Of a stretch of DNA of 64,000 bases, positions 51,049-63,208 are shown in pieces. Source of the DNA: Ostrea edulis. Its lineage: Eukaryota. The notes under the pieces were generated by a model. That model saw only the letters and a list, made by a program, of their open reading frames with translations. It was not told the DNA's origin and searched no databases. Location of the stretch: positions 15,810,001 to 15,874,000 of the forward strand of contig NC_079172.1 of assembly GCF_947568905.1 (NCBI RefSeq), read 5' to 3'. Position numbers and translations under genes: made by a program. Within the stretch, counting starts at the first letter, position 1. Each line of letters opens with the position of its first letter.

Positions 51049-53100
51049 CAGAATGACAGAATTACAAAATGACAGACTGGACAAAAACAATATGCCCTCT
51101 GATCTTTGATCTTGGGGGCATGAAAACATGGCACAAGCCTTAATTGTTTACATAACAAAGCATTGTGAGGGCTGTATCTCACTTGTAACAAAACTGATAT
51201 TCAAATTTTGGTTGACCATTAGAAAAACTTTAGTTACATTGTAAGCATTGTAAACAATAAAAAGAAAAGAAAAAAAATTTTCAGCTCAATCATGTCCATG
51301 CCCTTTAAGGCTCGATTTATAATTTTCATGACATTCTTCACTCGAAGATAAATGCATGTGCATAATTATAAAAGAATAAACTGAGAATTAAATGATTGAT
51401 GAAATTTACAGACAATGTATGTTTTTACAAACATATTTAACAAGACCTTAGAATAGATAATTAGTATAAAATTGTTCAGAGTATATCCAATCATCACTTG
51501 AATACAGAAGTTATATGACATATTAATGTACATTTAGCATGTTCCAAAAAATTGTTAACCAATGTGTCCAGTTTACAGTCAACTTGTATTTAAATATCAT
51601 ATTACTATATAAAACCAATTTAAGTGTTTTCAAAGAATTGAGTTTATTAAACTTAGGGAAATACTTTTGAAAAGCTTGATATGTACAGTGACGGAACTAA
51701 GGTGTTCGTATGCCATATTTAAGAAAATACTAGAATTGCAAAACAAATGTACAATGACTTATACTGCACTTACTGAAAAGTGCCAAAACTTTAGTGGCGC
51801 TTGGAATCCACCAGGTGCATTTCACCATTGGGGGTAGATCCTGAGGTTTTGGTGGGAAAAGTCGTATCGAGATAAAGTTCTGCAGTCTCTTAATGATTTT
51901 CTGAAAAACTTGCTTCTTTAACCTAAATTAAAAAGAATTGCTATATCAGACATGTCAAGCACATTACATTAACGTCCTCCTGGCATTCAATCTTTATATA
52001 AATAAACAGTAGCCCTTTTGTTCAAAAGCTTAAAAACATGTTGACAAAAACATGAGTTTCATGTCAGTTTTTTTATTTTAAAAACTAGTTTTCTAGCAAA
52101 TTTCATTCATTGTAAAAATGTGCCACGAGCTGATCAACAGATAGATACACTGTAGATATATAGACTGACAATATCGACTCCATGTTTTTCACGTGTCCAC
52201 CATGCTCTATAAGCCTCACAGAAATAGTAAATGCAGAAGGCCAACGGGCCACATCACTCATCTGTGTCACCTTGGCCCATATTTAAAGATTTTCCCTACC
52301 TATTCGCATGTAAAACTTTGATGCCTATTGTGACCCCAACCACCCTTGGGGGCCATGACCTGAATAAACTTTAAAATCTGCACTATGTCAGGAAGCTTTC
52401 ATGTAAATGTATTTAAAGATTTTCTGTATATATTTGTATGTAAAACTTTTATCCTCTAGTGTGGCCACACTTTACCCCCGGAGGCTGTGATGTTAACAAA
52501 CTGGAATCTGCACTATGTCAGGAAACTTTCATGTAAATTTCAGCCTTTCTGGTCCTGTGGTTCTTAGGAAGATTCTTAAATGATCCCACCTTATTTTTGC
52601 ATTTTCGTGATTATCTCCCCTTTGGTTGAAATTGGCCCATTAGTTCTGGAGAAGATGATTTTCCTATATATCAGCATGTAAAACTTTGATCCCTTTTGTA
52701 TCCCCACCCTACCCCTGGGGACCATGATCTGAACAAACTTGAATCTACTTTATAGTAGGAAAATTTCAATTAAATATCTTCTCTTATGGCCCAGTGGTTC
52801 TTGAGAAGAAGACTTTTAAAGATTTCACCTATATATTCACATGTAAAAATTTGATCCCCTATTTTGGCCCCACCCTACCCCTGGAGGGGGAGGGGGGGGC
52901 ATGAGCTTTACAAACTTGAATCTCTACTATGTCAAAAAGCTTTCATGTGAATTTTAACTTTTCTGGCCCAGTGGTTTTTGAGAAGAAGATATTCTTAAAT
53001 GACCCAACCCTATTTTTGTGATTATCTCCCCTTTGAACGGGCATGGTCACTCATTTGAACAAACTTGAATCCCATCCCCTTCACCAAAGGATGATTTGTA

Positions 53101-53135
<35 letters not shown>

Positions 53136-53195
53136 AAAGAAGTCGAAAGTATGAAAAGTTTACAGATAAACAGACGATGGACAATGGGTGATCAC

Positions 53196-53233
<38 letters not shown>

Positions 53234-56200
53234 TGGGTAACAGTTGATATTTCTCTTTATCATCTTGAGACGTACCCTTTCATCCAGTGAACAAGAAAAT
53301 GGTGGTCATGATCTGTTAAGGCAGCAACCTGTCTCAGCAGGTGGGCAAAAATTACATACGTTGAGAAATTTTCGAACTGGGGGTTCTGCAAAGACATTTT
53401 TCATGTACAAATAACATGTACCCTGGTTATAACTAAATACTTTTATACATTCTATATGTGAATATCATATATAGTGAATACATTACTGGTTATAGAATCT
53501 CAGCTTAAAATTAGAAAATTTCAATTCATACATTGCAAGTAATTTAAAAAATGTCTACTTAGTGAGTTGTTTTCACACATATTCATTAATTCACATAAAA
53601 AAACCCATGGAGATTAAAATTACATTGCATTGAAGTAACCAATTGAAAATCAATGTTAACAAATTCCTTCCTTGAATTCTAATGGCAGTTGATGCAGTAT
53701 ATATTATTAAGCCAACATTATAGTCATTTACTGCCTGAGTCCTGAGTGAAGGACAACAGCTGTTTTGTTTGACCAAAGAACAGATCTGGTGCCCAAAGCC
53801 ATAGACTGAGGGCAACAGATCCGTTTGAGGGTCAAACAAAACCGCACTATTGTCCAAGGACAGTCTATAACTGTTTTGTTATACACCTTCATTTTTATTT
53901 TGTTTTTACTAGATGCACATGGATTGTTGACTCTGAACTTTTAGACAATGTGATTGTGTACACTTATCAACATATCCACTAGTTTAAAAAAGACATACCC
54001 AATATCCTAATTAATAATCAATAATTAAATTTTTTGTGTTTCTGCTCTGTGTTTCATTTAATAAATTCTGTAGTTCATCATCAGTCAAATCAGTGAACTT
54101 CGCCATTACGTAAACATAACAGCAGACCGAGAATCATGTGACTTACATAGCCAATAGAAATAGGGCAGACTATTGCCCGTTCAACAGTTCGTAAACTGCA
54201 TGTTGACTGGTCAATATAGATCATGAGTGTGAGAATTGATTTTACAGTCAAAATGTTGTTTCTAAATCGTATTAGTTTTATATAGGAAAAAATAAAGTGT
54301 ATAACAATTGCAATTTATGTTATAAACACACAACTTAGTTGAACAGGAATCATTAAACAAATTCGACAACCTATATCAATCCCATATGAATTAGTTAATG
54401 CTACTTATTGATTTGTTCTATGCTATAGCCTCAGATGATAATTATCAAAATTAATACAACTGTTAATTGTGTTACTATGACAATATTGCTCCATGTCACA
54501 TGGGATTCTTAATAATACTGATTTACATCAGGTTTTAAAAACAAGGGGCCCAATATGGGCTACAATGTTCACCTGAGTCACCTGCATAAATAAAACTTGA
54601 ACCCACACAACTTAGGACTGTTTACAGTTTGATATGATTTAGTGTGGCTCTGCTACTCTTGTAAAGAATTTGTTTTAAATTCTTATTTCCTGTATATTCC
54701 CATATAAAACTTATCTCCTATTGTAGCCTCACCCTACCCTGCATTGCCCCCACCCCCTAAAATGAACAACCACTACTTTGTACTACTTTGAAGATACTTG
54801 TATATTAATATGACTATTTATGGCCTCGAGAAGAAATTTTTTAAAGATGTTTGCTTTTATATTCCCATATAAAACTCTGATCCCCCAATATGGCCCCTTC
54901 CTATCTGGGGGGGGGGGGGGGGGGGGGGGGGGGGCCACATTTTGAACAAATTGAATCTACACTATGTAGAAAAAAATCTATATATCCCCATGTAAAACTT
55001 AATCCCAATTAGGCCCCACCATACCCCCCAGGGGCCATGGTTTGATTGAAATTGTCCCAGTGGTGCTGGAGAAGATGAAAATGTGAAAAGTTGACAAGCA
55101 ATGACAGACACTGGTAAGCCTTTGGCTCAGGTGAGCTAAACCCTCAGGAGAAATAAAGTTGCTATTAATGTGTGGATTTCTTTATACAAAATATAGTGGT
55201 CTACAACAGTTCATATGTTTTTAATGAACTGCTTAAGTAATTTCATACTTTTCATAAAACATAATTTGACTCAAACCAGCTCATATCATATATTAAATTA
55301 ATAATTTTTTAAAGAGTAATTCTAAAATAAATGAGATCTATATGTCATCCCCAACTGCATTAATGCAAGAATATGTTTTAATCTACTGTTAACATTTTAA
55401 TTAAAATGTTTCCAAATTGATCAACCCAGTACAACACATTTTTCATTTTAGTTTTTTTGGTCATGCAATAAACTTTAAGATGTTGTTGTGCAGAAGTGTA
55501 CAGAGACAGCCATTAATCAATGAAGATGTTGTCGTGTAGAAGCTAGTGTGCAGAGACAGCCATTAACATTAATCAATGAAGATGTTGTCATGCAGTAGTG
55601 TGAAGAGACAGCCATTAATCAATGAAGATGTTGTCATGTAGTAGTGTGAAGAGACAGCCATTAATCAATGAAGATGTTGTCATGCAGAAGTGTACAGAGA
55701 CAGCCATTAATCAATGAAGATGTTGTCGTGCAGTAGTGTTCAGAGACAGCCATTAATCAATGATGTTGTTGTGCAGTAGTGTTCAGAGACCGCCATTAAT
55801 CAATGAAGATGTTGTTGTGCAGTAGTGTGCAGAGACCGCCATTAATCAATGAAATACACCAACAACTATTCAAATTTAATGGATGAATCATTTTGTACTG
55901 GGTGACTCTTTTGTACTGGTGACCCTTTTGTACTGGGTGACCCTCAATATACTGTGATTGCATCAATTTTCATTAGACTTTTCAAAAAAATCGATTTTGT
56001 TGACTGCAGACACCATTGGATGTCTACAGCTGATTATGTTTCATTACTCTAGGTATCCATGGAGAGAATAATTGACAATAATTAAGGGATTGTGGGTAAT
56101 CGGTGACAGTACTTTTTTCATAAAATTTTATATGTTGATACAACATATAAAATTATATGAAAAAAGTACTCTCACATTCTCTGTATATATATGAACAAAA

Positions 56201-57042
56201 TTGATTTATTTTGTTAATCATTTCATTTCATCTGTTTGTAAAAACATGAAAACAATGAAAATTTTAGTATACATTAACAAAAAAATAAAAATTAGGAAAC
56301 CACAGAATAATCAATGTTTAATAATTAGTGATTATCATTTTCAAGTAATCGTAATCCTGGTTAGTACATCAAAGTTGCCCAGACTGTCCCCATCACGATA
56401 AATTCACTTCTACATATGTACATTCTCTAAATTTAATTGCAATTAGTGTTAGAGAATGTAGAAGTGAATTTATCGTGCTAATTGCAATTAAATTTCATTA
56501 ACATTCCACAAACACAATACCTGCAAAAGTACTAAATATGCCCTCAGGTCATCCTTTGTATGAGGCCTGGAATACAAAAAATAGGATGTAAATTCAACAG
56601 AAACTACAATGTCATATAATTGTCATATAATCGTCTCTGAATGCAGTGTTTACTATAAGTTTCATCAAAAATGAAAAATTTTCATTTTAATATCTAATAA
56701 ATTAATTATGTTGTCAAGCAGTTAGCTAACAAGAGGTCCATGGGCCATATTGCTCACCTGATCGAGTTACCTTGGCCCATATCTAAACATTTTCTCCATC
56801 TATTGCATGTAAAACTTTGATTCCCCTACTCTTGGGGGCCATGATTTTAACAAACTTGAATCTGCACTATGTCAGGAAGCTTTCATTTAAATTTTAGCTC
56901 TTCTGGCCCAGTGGTTCTTGAAAAGAAGATTTTTTAAATGACCCCCACCCATTTTTTGCAGTTTTGTGATTATATCCCTTTTGAAGGGGGCATGACCCTT
57001 CATTTGAACAGACTTGAAAGCCCTTCACCTATGAATGCTTTT

Positions 57043-57077
<35 letters not shown>

Positions 57078-60000
57078 AAGAAGATGGAAATGTGAAAAGT
57101 TTACAACAGACAGAAAGATGGACGACGGACAACAGGTGATCAGGTGCTCTGGTGAGCTAATAATCCTTTGAATATATAATAACTAAAAAAAATTTCTTTA
57201 AAAACAATAAATAATCAAGATATTAAAGAGTGTAATTGCAAATGGGGGGCATGCATGATCAGCGATACCCAGCCAGAGAATATATATATATCAATATTCC
57301 AATCCGGGGATTTCATGGTGTCATCTTCCTAATACAATTGTAACCAAGTAACCACACAATCATGGATGTAAACATTATTCAGCTTCAGAGGTAATTCAAA
57401 ACTAATGAAATATACAGGAATTATTGACCAGCTTATGATAATGCCGGGTCAATCAATCCTTGATCAAAGTATACCTTACCAGTGAATTCTGCTATCGTGG
57501 TCCCTTAGTAAGCATTAATGAATAAAGAACAAATCATCATATGCATTCAAAAAGTACATCTTCAATAAACATCTCAGTATCTGACACAAATTATTTCAAT
57601 TTAATTGCTGTATTAACGAACTGAACACAAGGGACTAATATAGCTTGGATTAGCACTCATAAATAACATCTCAAACTCTGCTGCCAAAGTGAATCAATTA
57701 CAATATCAATTTAACAACTGCAATATTTATAACGTCAAACATGATATTTCTGACATATTTTCTAAAGCTAGTTTTTTTTATTTCCTTGATATGGAGAGTT
57801 CTTGTATGATTTCCAGACAAGTTTAAATTTTATACAATATACTTTGTATATTCATGCATTGATTTTTCTCCCGTTCTTTGCTACAATAACGTAATATTGT
57901 ACATATCATATACAACATTCTGTAATACAGTTGACTATATACATTTTTGTTTGTCACAACCAGGAACTAGCTATCAAACTAATGGCAACTCTAAAACAGA
58001 CCTGGTAATACTACACCCCAAGTATTTTTTGCAAAAACAAGATAGGATATGCAAGTGAATTGTATTGAAATATGTCATGAAAGATTTATATATTATACAT
58101 GTATGTCATTGAGAAATATATTGTTGCATGTGTCCTTAAAGGGGCATGTACACACAACTTTTCAATTGATTGAAATTGACAGTTTCTTGTTATAGAAATA
58201 AAGATCTTTCATAATTAAGTGGACTAAAAATATTCTTACAAAGGATATACTTTGTATTTAATGCACAAAATCTGGCTCCCAAAATCGTGTTTATCAACAC
58301 GCTTGTCTGATATTGTCATGGCCAAAAAACCACGTGTGGAGGTGAGACTACCAAGATTTCTACAAAGTATGTCAAAAGCATTCAACATTCTGACATACAT
58401 TAATGATAAATCAATTAGGAAGCAAGCACAGATATGAATTAATTAGAACAGAAATTTTTTGTTGTAAAAGCTTTTTTTGCTGAAATCGTCAGCTGATAGT
58501 TGAGTGATATGTGACATGTATACACATAAACTGGGTTAGCCTTAGAATCTGTATATTTCACACAATTCGCTATAAGCGTAATTCGCTATATGTTTATAGC
58601 GAATTCTTAATTCAAATATAACGAATTCGTTATAAAACCGATTTGTTCCATATGTATATCAGTTATATAAGAAAGCAGCAATTGATATATACTTGCGTTT
58701 GCATTGTCTCTAAGAGAAATTAAGCCTAGATATTTTCAAGATGAAATATTTTTATAAAAGATATGTACACACTGATTTATATATGATAATTTATCTTGAT
58801 GGATTATTTAATCACACAAGCACATATGTCAAAAGAAAAATGTCAACAAAATTATGTGTAATACATAAAAACAGTCTATGTCTTTTTAAAATATCTGTCA
58901 ATCGTTGACTGTTGTTTTTTCCCCCTTTCCTTTTTGTTAATAAATTTCTCAATAAACGTATGTGTAAGTATTATTTTGTGTTAACATCCTTTTTTGAAAA
59001 AATACAACAGAAATTTCGTAATAAGTGTATTGATTTTTACGTTCATTTTTAATTCAAGGGGAATAGAAATTTACTTTGTTATATCCGTAAATTCGCTATA
59101 TCTGTGTTCATTATAGACGCAGATTTTTAAATAGAATATGTAGAGAATTTGCCGGAGAAATCTATTTCACTTCGCTATATCCGTAATTTTGCTATATTCG
59201 AGTTTTACTGTATCTGTGGATGGCATGCATCTAATTATCATAAAAAGATACAGGGTTACATCTGCACTAGCCTGTAGGTCAAATAACACTGACATTAAGA
59301 CAATTAATGCACCATCTACTCATCAGTTTCTGCACAAAGAAACTAATCCAGTTTTACCAATACTGCAGTGTGTTATTGTATAAAACCTGACTACTTGTTA
59401 CTTTGAACTGACTTTTATTGAGTTAGCTCACAGTATATTTACCTCTTGTCTTTAAGTAGACTGTTGATGACCGACTTTAGCACCACCTTCTGTATTTCTT
59501 GTGGCTGCAATACATTTAAATTTTATCTAATTTCATGCACAAATGTGATCACTAATAATTTTGCATCTGACTGAAATCAAAGTTCATTTACATGCTCCAA
59601 AATTCAGCTGTACACCATTACTTATTATGTTTGTTATCGACTTTCTACAGAAATTTGTCGGGTTGTTAAAGTCCAAGGAAAGCTATATAGGCTTCTATGA
59701 ACTTTCAACAATCAAACCCAACAACTTTCTGTGCACAGCCAGGTACACAAACTTAAGAGGTTTTGGTTGTTTGTTGTTTGTTTGTTAAGGACTAGAAATA
59801 TACAATTTATTCATTTGCTTCTGTATTAAAATCAGACAGTTCAGATGCTAATTTGCATGAAATAGTTACTAAATTAATTGATTGATTGTATATTGCTTAA
59901 TGTCCCTCTCAATGATATATTTCACTCATATGGAAACATCAACAATACAAGTGAAGGGCTTCAAATTTCGGCCTATGCTCAGCGTTTACGGCCATTGAGC

Positions 60001-61367
60001 AGTAAAGGTTCTTTAACGTGCCACATCTACTGTGACACAGGACATCCGTTTTTAAGGTAATCTCTGAGGACCCGTGATATTCAAACATAATGTCGAGCGT
60101 TTGGTGATGGAACTGTCACTACCTGTCTTAACGACTTAGGTCTGTCGTGGCCAGGATTCGAAACCCAACCTTCTGCATGAAGGGTGAACGCTCCACCTCT
60201 AGACCACTGCGGCAGTATGAAATAGTTAAAAGGTCAGTGCATGTATAAGTTGATTGCAAATAGTTTCATGTATGCTGACATTAAGACCAACATCTCACAA
60301 ATCCCATAAGCAACACAAAATAGATAGACTGTGCAAAGACGGACCCCTGGACACACCAGAGGTGTGATCAGGTACCTAGGAACCTATACTTCTTTTAAAG
60401 GTACATGTGCATATCCTATCACCATACCGACATGTACTTCAGAATATCCAGGATATAGAGTCAGTGGTTTTCACCAAATGTTAAGCATGTTTAAGTATGG
60501 TGATCAAGAATTCCAATTTTTAAAATTAGACTTGTGGTATTGCTATTTTCCACTTTGTGAATAATAATTGCTATCTACAAGGTACTGTGCAATGAATGAG
60601 CTACCTGGTATGTCTTTTAAAAAGTGCTAATTTAACAGATTACATACATTAAAGCAGACCATTAATTCTACAACCTTCATCTTCAAATTAATATCCCCAA
60701 TGCAGTTACAATTACAGAATACTGATAAATTGAGTATGGATAATTCATAAGACACATACGTATAGTAGAAATGACACCTGAATTAGGGTCTTGTTATAGT
60801 ACTGACAGGAACACTTTTCCAAAATACATGTACTATTCTGCTGAAATTTTGCATTGTATCCAAGAAAAACAATATACTCATGAAACGCTTTCTTTAGAAT
60901 TTCATTTAAGGTTGCTATAATGTTGTGATTATTTTTATATTTTTCTAAAGAGAGAATTTGTAAAAACTTTCAATAAAATTCATGGCAATATGCTTTAATA
61001 TGCATATTAAAAATTATAACTGGAGATTGTGTATACTTGGCACTCGGTGAAAATAACCCCTTTAACAGTACTATGTTGGTATATACATGTACACGTGTTT
61101 GAAATAGTGTTACAGAGCTCTACCATATGTTTGACAGTTCACAAGAGATATTTCATTATATTTTCATGTAATTAGTTGAATCTGATCATAGGCTGTGCCT
61201 CGGTTGACAATGGTTTCCTCAGGGTGGTAATTTTCAATGTAACCCTTATCTTCATGCACTATATAATATTCACTTACCAGTTTCTGAAGTACTTCAAACA
61301 CAATGTGCACCAACTCAAACTTCAGGCCAGGCTCTTCAATTGTTTTATACTCCTTGCTAGGATCTCT
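37040..61367 (-). CDS. HECTD2: HECTD2 E3 ubiquitin ligase, 16 coding exons (1818 nt, 605 aa + stop); N-terminal exons not located
   Basis: All exons have AG/GT boundaries and consistent phases. Motifs FSFCQYPF, LKKKLKVTFAGEPGLDMGGLTKEWF, FTTGSDRIPVGG, catalytic SHTCFN and terminal AEGFGLE* follow HECTD2 colinearly. Confidence 0.95.
37138..38038 (-). repeat. 49-51-bp array of about 18 copies of the HECTD2 last splice acceptor plus exon start
   Basis: Minus-strand unit ..ATTAATTTTACAG|GTTACCTATGTCTCACACCTGTTTATGATTAGAGTG.. Confidence 0.9.
38212..38352 (-). CDS. HECTD2: HECTD2 exon
   Basis: NFWEVVLSLSNELQKRLLLFTTGSDRIPVGGMAEMTFKITRVGGTD; phase 2-2. Confidence 0.93.
39555..39670 (-). CDS. HECTD2: HECTD2 exon
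   Basis: MLRPQEVEMLVCGNPILDMNELRKVTTYDGYSPQDQVV; phase 0-2. Confidence 0.93.
39657..40157 (-). repeat. ~31-bp array of about 14 copies of a HECTD2 splice acceptor plus exon start
   Basis: Minus-strand unit GTAGGTTTGTGTTTTAG|ATGTTGCGGCCCCT. Confidence 0.9.
40355..41670. mobile_element. Tc1/mariner-type MITE (TA|CAG...CTG|TA) interrupted by a HINE
   Basis: ATA-CAGCCAAACCTTGTTATCTCGAA at the left; TTCGAGATATC..AAGTTCAACTG-TA at the right. Confidence 0.55.
40449..41590 (+). mobile_element. HINE-type element with ~120-bp internal tandem units
   Basis: ACAAGAGATGTTTGTAAAACAC start; repeated TGACCTCAAAATCAATAGGGGTCATC..GTACCAAGTTTGATGTCTGTCAAG; 3' CTCTTCTTTGAAGGGGGCATAA end. Confidence 0.75.
41709..41815 (-). 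CDS. HECTD2: HECTD2 exon
   Basis: YVQLYVDWILNKSIYHQFQAFYHGFHSVCASNALI; phase 1-0. Confidence 0.93.
42774..42861 (-). CDS. HECTD2: HECTD2 exon
   Basis: VSVTEFGVMKTIDLKPNGSNIPVNNDNRK; phase 0-1. Confidence 0.92.
43788..43862 (-). CDS. HECTD2: HECTD2 exon
   Basis: DVAKGLQDLLEYDGDVEDDFGLSFQ; phase 0-0. Confidence 0.92.
44058..44219 (-). CDS. HECTD2: HECTD2 exon
   Basis: LMGLAVYNSIILDIHFPPCCFKKLLSP...EDLKTVQP; phase 0-0. Confidence 0.93.
44455..45458 (-). mobile_element. Same HINE family as 40449-41590, in opposite orientation
   Basis: TTATGCCCCCCTTCAAAGAAG start, reverse-complement units, ..CAATTTTGCACCATG..TTTACAAA..CTCTTTGTT end. Confidence 0.75.
45597..45685 (-). CDS. HECTD2: HECTD2 exon
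   Basis: MFTHDKRASVHWFSSAQCESYQEFNLVGV; phase 1-0. Confidence 0.92.
45818..46081 (+). mobile_element. 5'-truncated SINE with Meta- and Deu-like cores and TSD
   Basis: GTCGTAAGAGGTGACTAA and GTCCTTCAGACGAGACC..AAAACCGAGG..GTGGCACGATAAAGA; (AATC) tail; 12-bp direct repeat ATCAGATGCCAA at 45806-45817 and 46082-46093. Confidence 0.8.
46606..46846 (-). CDS. HECTD2: HECTD2 exon (start of HECT domain)
   Basis: RSLVAKVQRRQMPDVGMLFLNLTVRR...TKEWFLLLVRQIFHSDY; phase 0-1. Confidence 0.95.
47051..47392 (-). repeat. ~28-bp array of a HECTD2 splice donor, about 12 units
   Basis: Minus-strand unit ATTTCTTATAAAGCCCGTCAGG|GTAAGG; several units have lost the GT. Confidence 0.85.
47387..47483 (-). CDS. HECTD2: HECTD2 exon
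   Basis: FSFCQYPFILSINAKRTILQRDSEQQMIIMAR; phase 2-0. Confidence 0.93.
48410..49608. mobile_element. Kolobok-like non-autonomous element (TTAA TSD)
   Basis: TTAA|AGGGAAAGGCAACCC ... GGGTTGCCTTTCCCT|TTAA. Confidence 0.75.
48987..49355. mobile_element. Fully palindromic MITE with perfect 8-bp TSD, nested in the Kolobok-like element
   Basis: GATGATCT|CACAGGTGCT...AGCACCTGTG|GATGATCT; arms of about 170 bp around a short spacer at about 49160-49178. Confidence 0.85.
49785..50062 (-). repeat. ~60-80-bp array with 4 copies of a HECTD2 splice donor
   Basis: TCCTGTGCAGG|GTACT on the minus strand at about 49830, 49900, 49982 and 50045. Confidence 0.85.
50049..50172 (-). CDS. HECTD2: HECTD2 exon
   Basis: AANNLTSPTTVQYTDFYNPMLDHLDLMAEYYTWQNPSSCA; phase 1-2. 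Confidence 0.92.
50588..51126 (+). mobile_element. HINE-type element (third family) nested in a decayed Kolobok-like element (about 50250-51304)
   Basis: ACAAGATGTGTTTGTGAAACAC start, ~150-bp units, GACAGA microsatellite, 3' hairpin ATGCCC..GGGGCAT; related decayed copy at about 16560-17330. Confidence 0.65.
51774..51922 (-). CDS. HECTD2: HECTD2 exon
   Basis: LKKQVFQKIIKRLQNFISIRLFPPKPQDLPPMVKCTWWIPSATKVLALF; phase 2-1. Confidence 0.92.
52234..53232 (+). mobile_element. HINE, same family as 13890-14490 (further copies at 54541-55140 and 56730-57160)
   Basis: Same 5' box, ~165-bp core units and AAAGCTCACTTGAGCTTTCAGCTCAGGTGAGCTAAAA end. Confidence 0.8.
53276..53385 (-). CDS. HECTD2: HECTD2 exon
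   Basis: NPQFENFSTYVIFAHLLRQVAALTDHDHHFLVHWMK; phase 0-2. Confidence 0.92.
55476..55851. repeat. ~49-bp minisatellite CAGAGACAGCCATTAATCAATGAAGATGTTGTCGTGCAGTAGTGTG, about 7 units
   Basis: Direct inspection; deep intronic. Confidence 0.9.
56521..56566 (-). CDS. HECTD2: HECTD2 exon
   Basis: PHTKDDLRAYLVLLQ; phase 2-0. Confidence 0.9.
59443..59504 (-). CDS. HECTD2: HECTD2 exon
   Basis: PQEIQKVVLKSVINSLLKDK(R); phase 0-2. Confidence 0.9.
59879..60215 (-). mobile_element. tRNA-derived SINE with Deu-like core
   Basis: Minus strand: tRNA head (GGTTTCGAATCC), GTGTCACAGTAGATGTGGCACGTTAAAGAAC core, same 3' end as 45818-46081, AATC tail. Confidence 0.8.
61278..61367 (-). CDS. HECTD2: HECTD2 exon
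   Basis: RDPSKEYKTIEEPGLKFELVHIVFEVLQKL; CAG/GTAAGT, phase 0-0. Confidence 0.8.
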
Positions 61368-62778
61368 CTGTGAATACCAGAATTGATAATAAAGATTCCA
61401 ATTTGTGGTCAATCATTTTAAAGATAATTAAACTGGAGACTAAAGGTGTAACGTCTTGATTGCATTGATCACAAGCCTGTGTGATACATGTATCGTACCA
61501 TTAGTAAATAATATGAATCATCACGATAAAGTTGTATGTTACGTACATTCATCATCGATCTGGAATGACTCCGAGTGTGGTATAAGTTTACTAGTAAGAG
61601 CTCAGTTTTTAACCTTTATTTTTATACATGCAGTTAATGAAATAGAAATTACAGTAGGACATCTTGCGATTATTATCTTGAAACTATAAATACTAAATGT
61701 ACTGCCATAACAAAATGAACAGCAGAGAACTAAAAACTCTATAGTTACTATCAAAGACATGACAGCTCTATTGTGATACATGTCATATCTGACACATGAT
61801 CATAATTATAGGAAATGAATAGGATGTCAACTACAAAGTTCACACCAACATACACTTATAATGAAGCGCATTAATTTAGCTTCACGAAAAGTACACCAGC
61901 GCAAAGTATTGCAGTTCATACCCTCATGTATTTTCAAAAAATAAAATAAAATATTTCTTAAATACTGGTAATTTACATTCTACTTTCATTTTTTTCAGAA
62001 TTTCCATTAGCAACCATTATGTTAACATACTGTATTAATCAAGATTTCCCATGTGCATGCATTGTTCACAAGTGCATCACATTCATGCGGAAATGGCTAT
62101 ATCATTACATTTCAAAAGCAAAAATATATTGGAAATATACATAAATCATGATACTCCGGCTGATGGAGACATATGAATTTCTTGTGTGTAATTAATTTAC
62201 CACTATTTATAATGATTACTATATCTATTTAATTTACCACTATTTAAAATGATTACTATCTATTTAATTTACCACTATATATTTATAATGATTACAAGTG
62301 CACTTTTACAGATATTGCCTTGAAGGTATGATTTAGAGCTTATAAAACATGTGCATTTATCAAAAGTTCTAAAGTCCATCAGCAAGCACTTCTTATTGAT
62401 ATCATCAAGAAATGAGAGTGTTAATTTTAACATTAAAAATTTAGGATATTTAGGCTTGGAATAACACCTTAATCCACACACCCCTCCCCCGGAACAAATC
62501 AATATTCAACTGCCTGCCATGTACATTATCTAATTCTAATATATGCATCAAACAATACATCTATGCTTCCATGGATTGCAGCTAGTATTCACCTTTAAGT
62601 TAACATTGAATGCTAGCATATTTGTACAGGTGAAATATTTTCATGCAACGTACTATATAACTACAAATTTGATCCAAATGAAATTTCTATGTAATATAAT
62701 TATGTACACTATAACATGGACACCAAATAATCTAAATATAGCTCTTAAAAGTGACCTAAAACTAATTGCAACTTAATT

Positions 62779-63208
62779 AAAAAAGTGCACCGCCACGGCA
62801 CATGATATGCCTGTCACATATTGTTAACAGTATAGATTGTACCCATTAAAACATTTTTTTTTATATCACCTTAATTAAATGTCACAGTGACCTTAAAGTA
62901 GGATGTGACACACCTTCTACCTAAGATGCATTAGTTGACCAATTTTGGTGATTCTATAGGTCTAATAGTTTTCAAGTTATGAGCCGGACAAGTTTTTGCC
63001 ATATATGGCCATATCTTCTTAATGAAAAGTCACAGTGACCTGGTTTTAATGTGCGACACACCTTCTACCCAAGATGTATCTACAGACAAAGTTTGATGAT
63101 TCTAGGCCTTGTAGTATTTAAGTTACGGGTCGGACACGAAAAAGCTAACAGACGGACGGACATGAACGCCATACCATAATACGGTATTAAGACGGGCGTA
63201 TAAAAACC
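62779..63208 (+). mobile_element. HINE-type element (fourth family)
   Basis: Two ~160-bp units, GACG microsatellite, 3' ATACGG..GACGGGCGTATAAAAA end. Confidence 0.6.

Noticed and set aside
57478-57503. 24-nt phase-compatible micro-exon candidate in a HECTD2 intron
   Set aside because: The acceptor is a weak AAG without a pyrimidine tract, and the flanking exons join correctly without it.
62275-62502. Possible next upstream HECTD2 exon (SFLDDINKK...)
   Set aside because: Similarity to the expected DFQEDVEK..FYLTTFDSF segment is weak and no convincing phase-0 donor was found.
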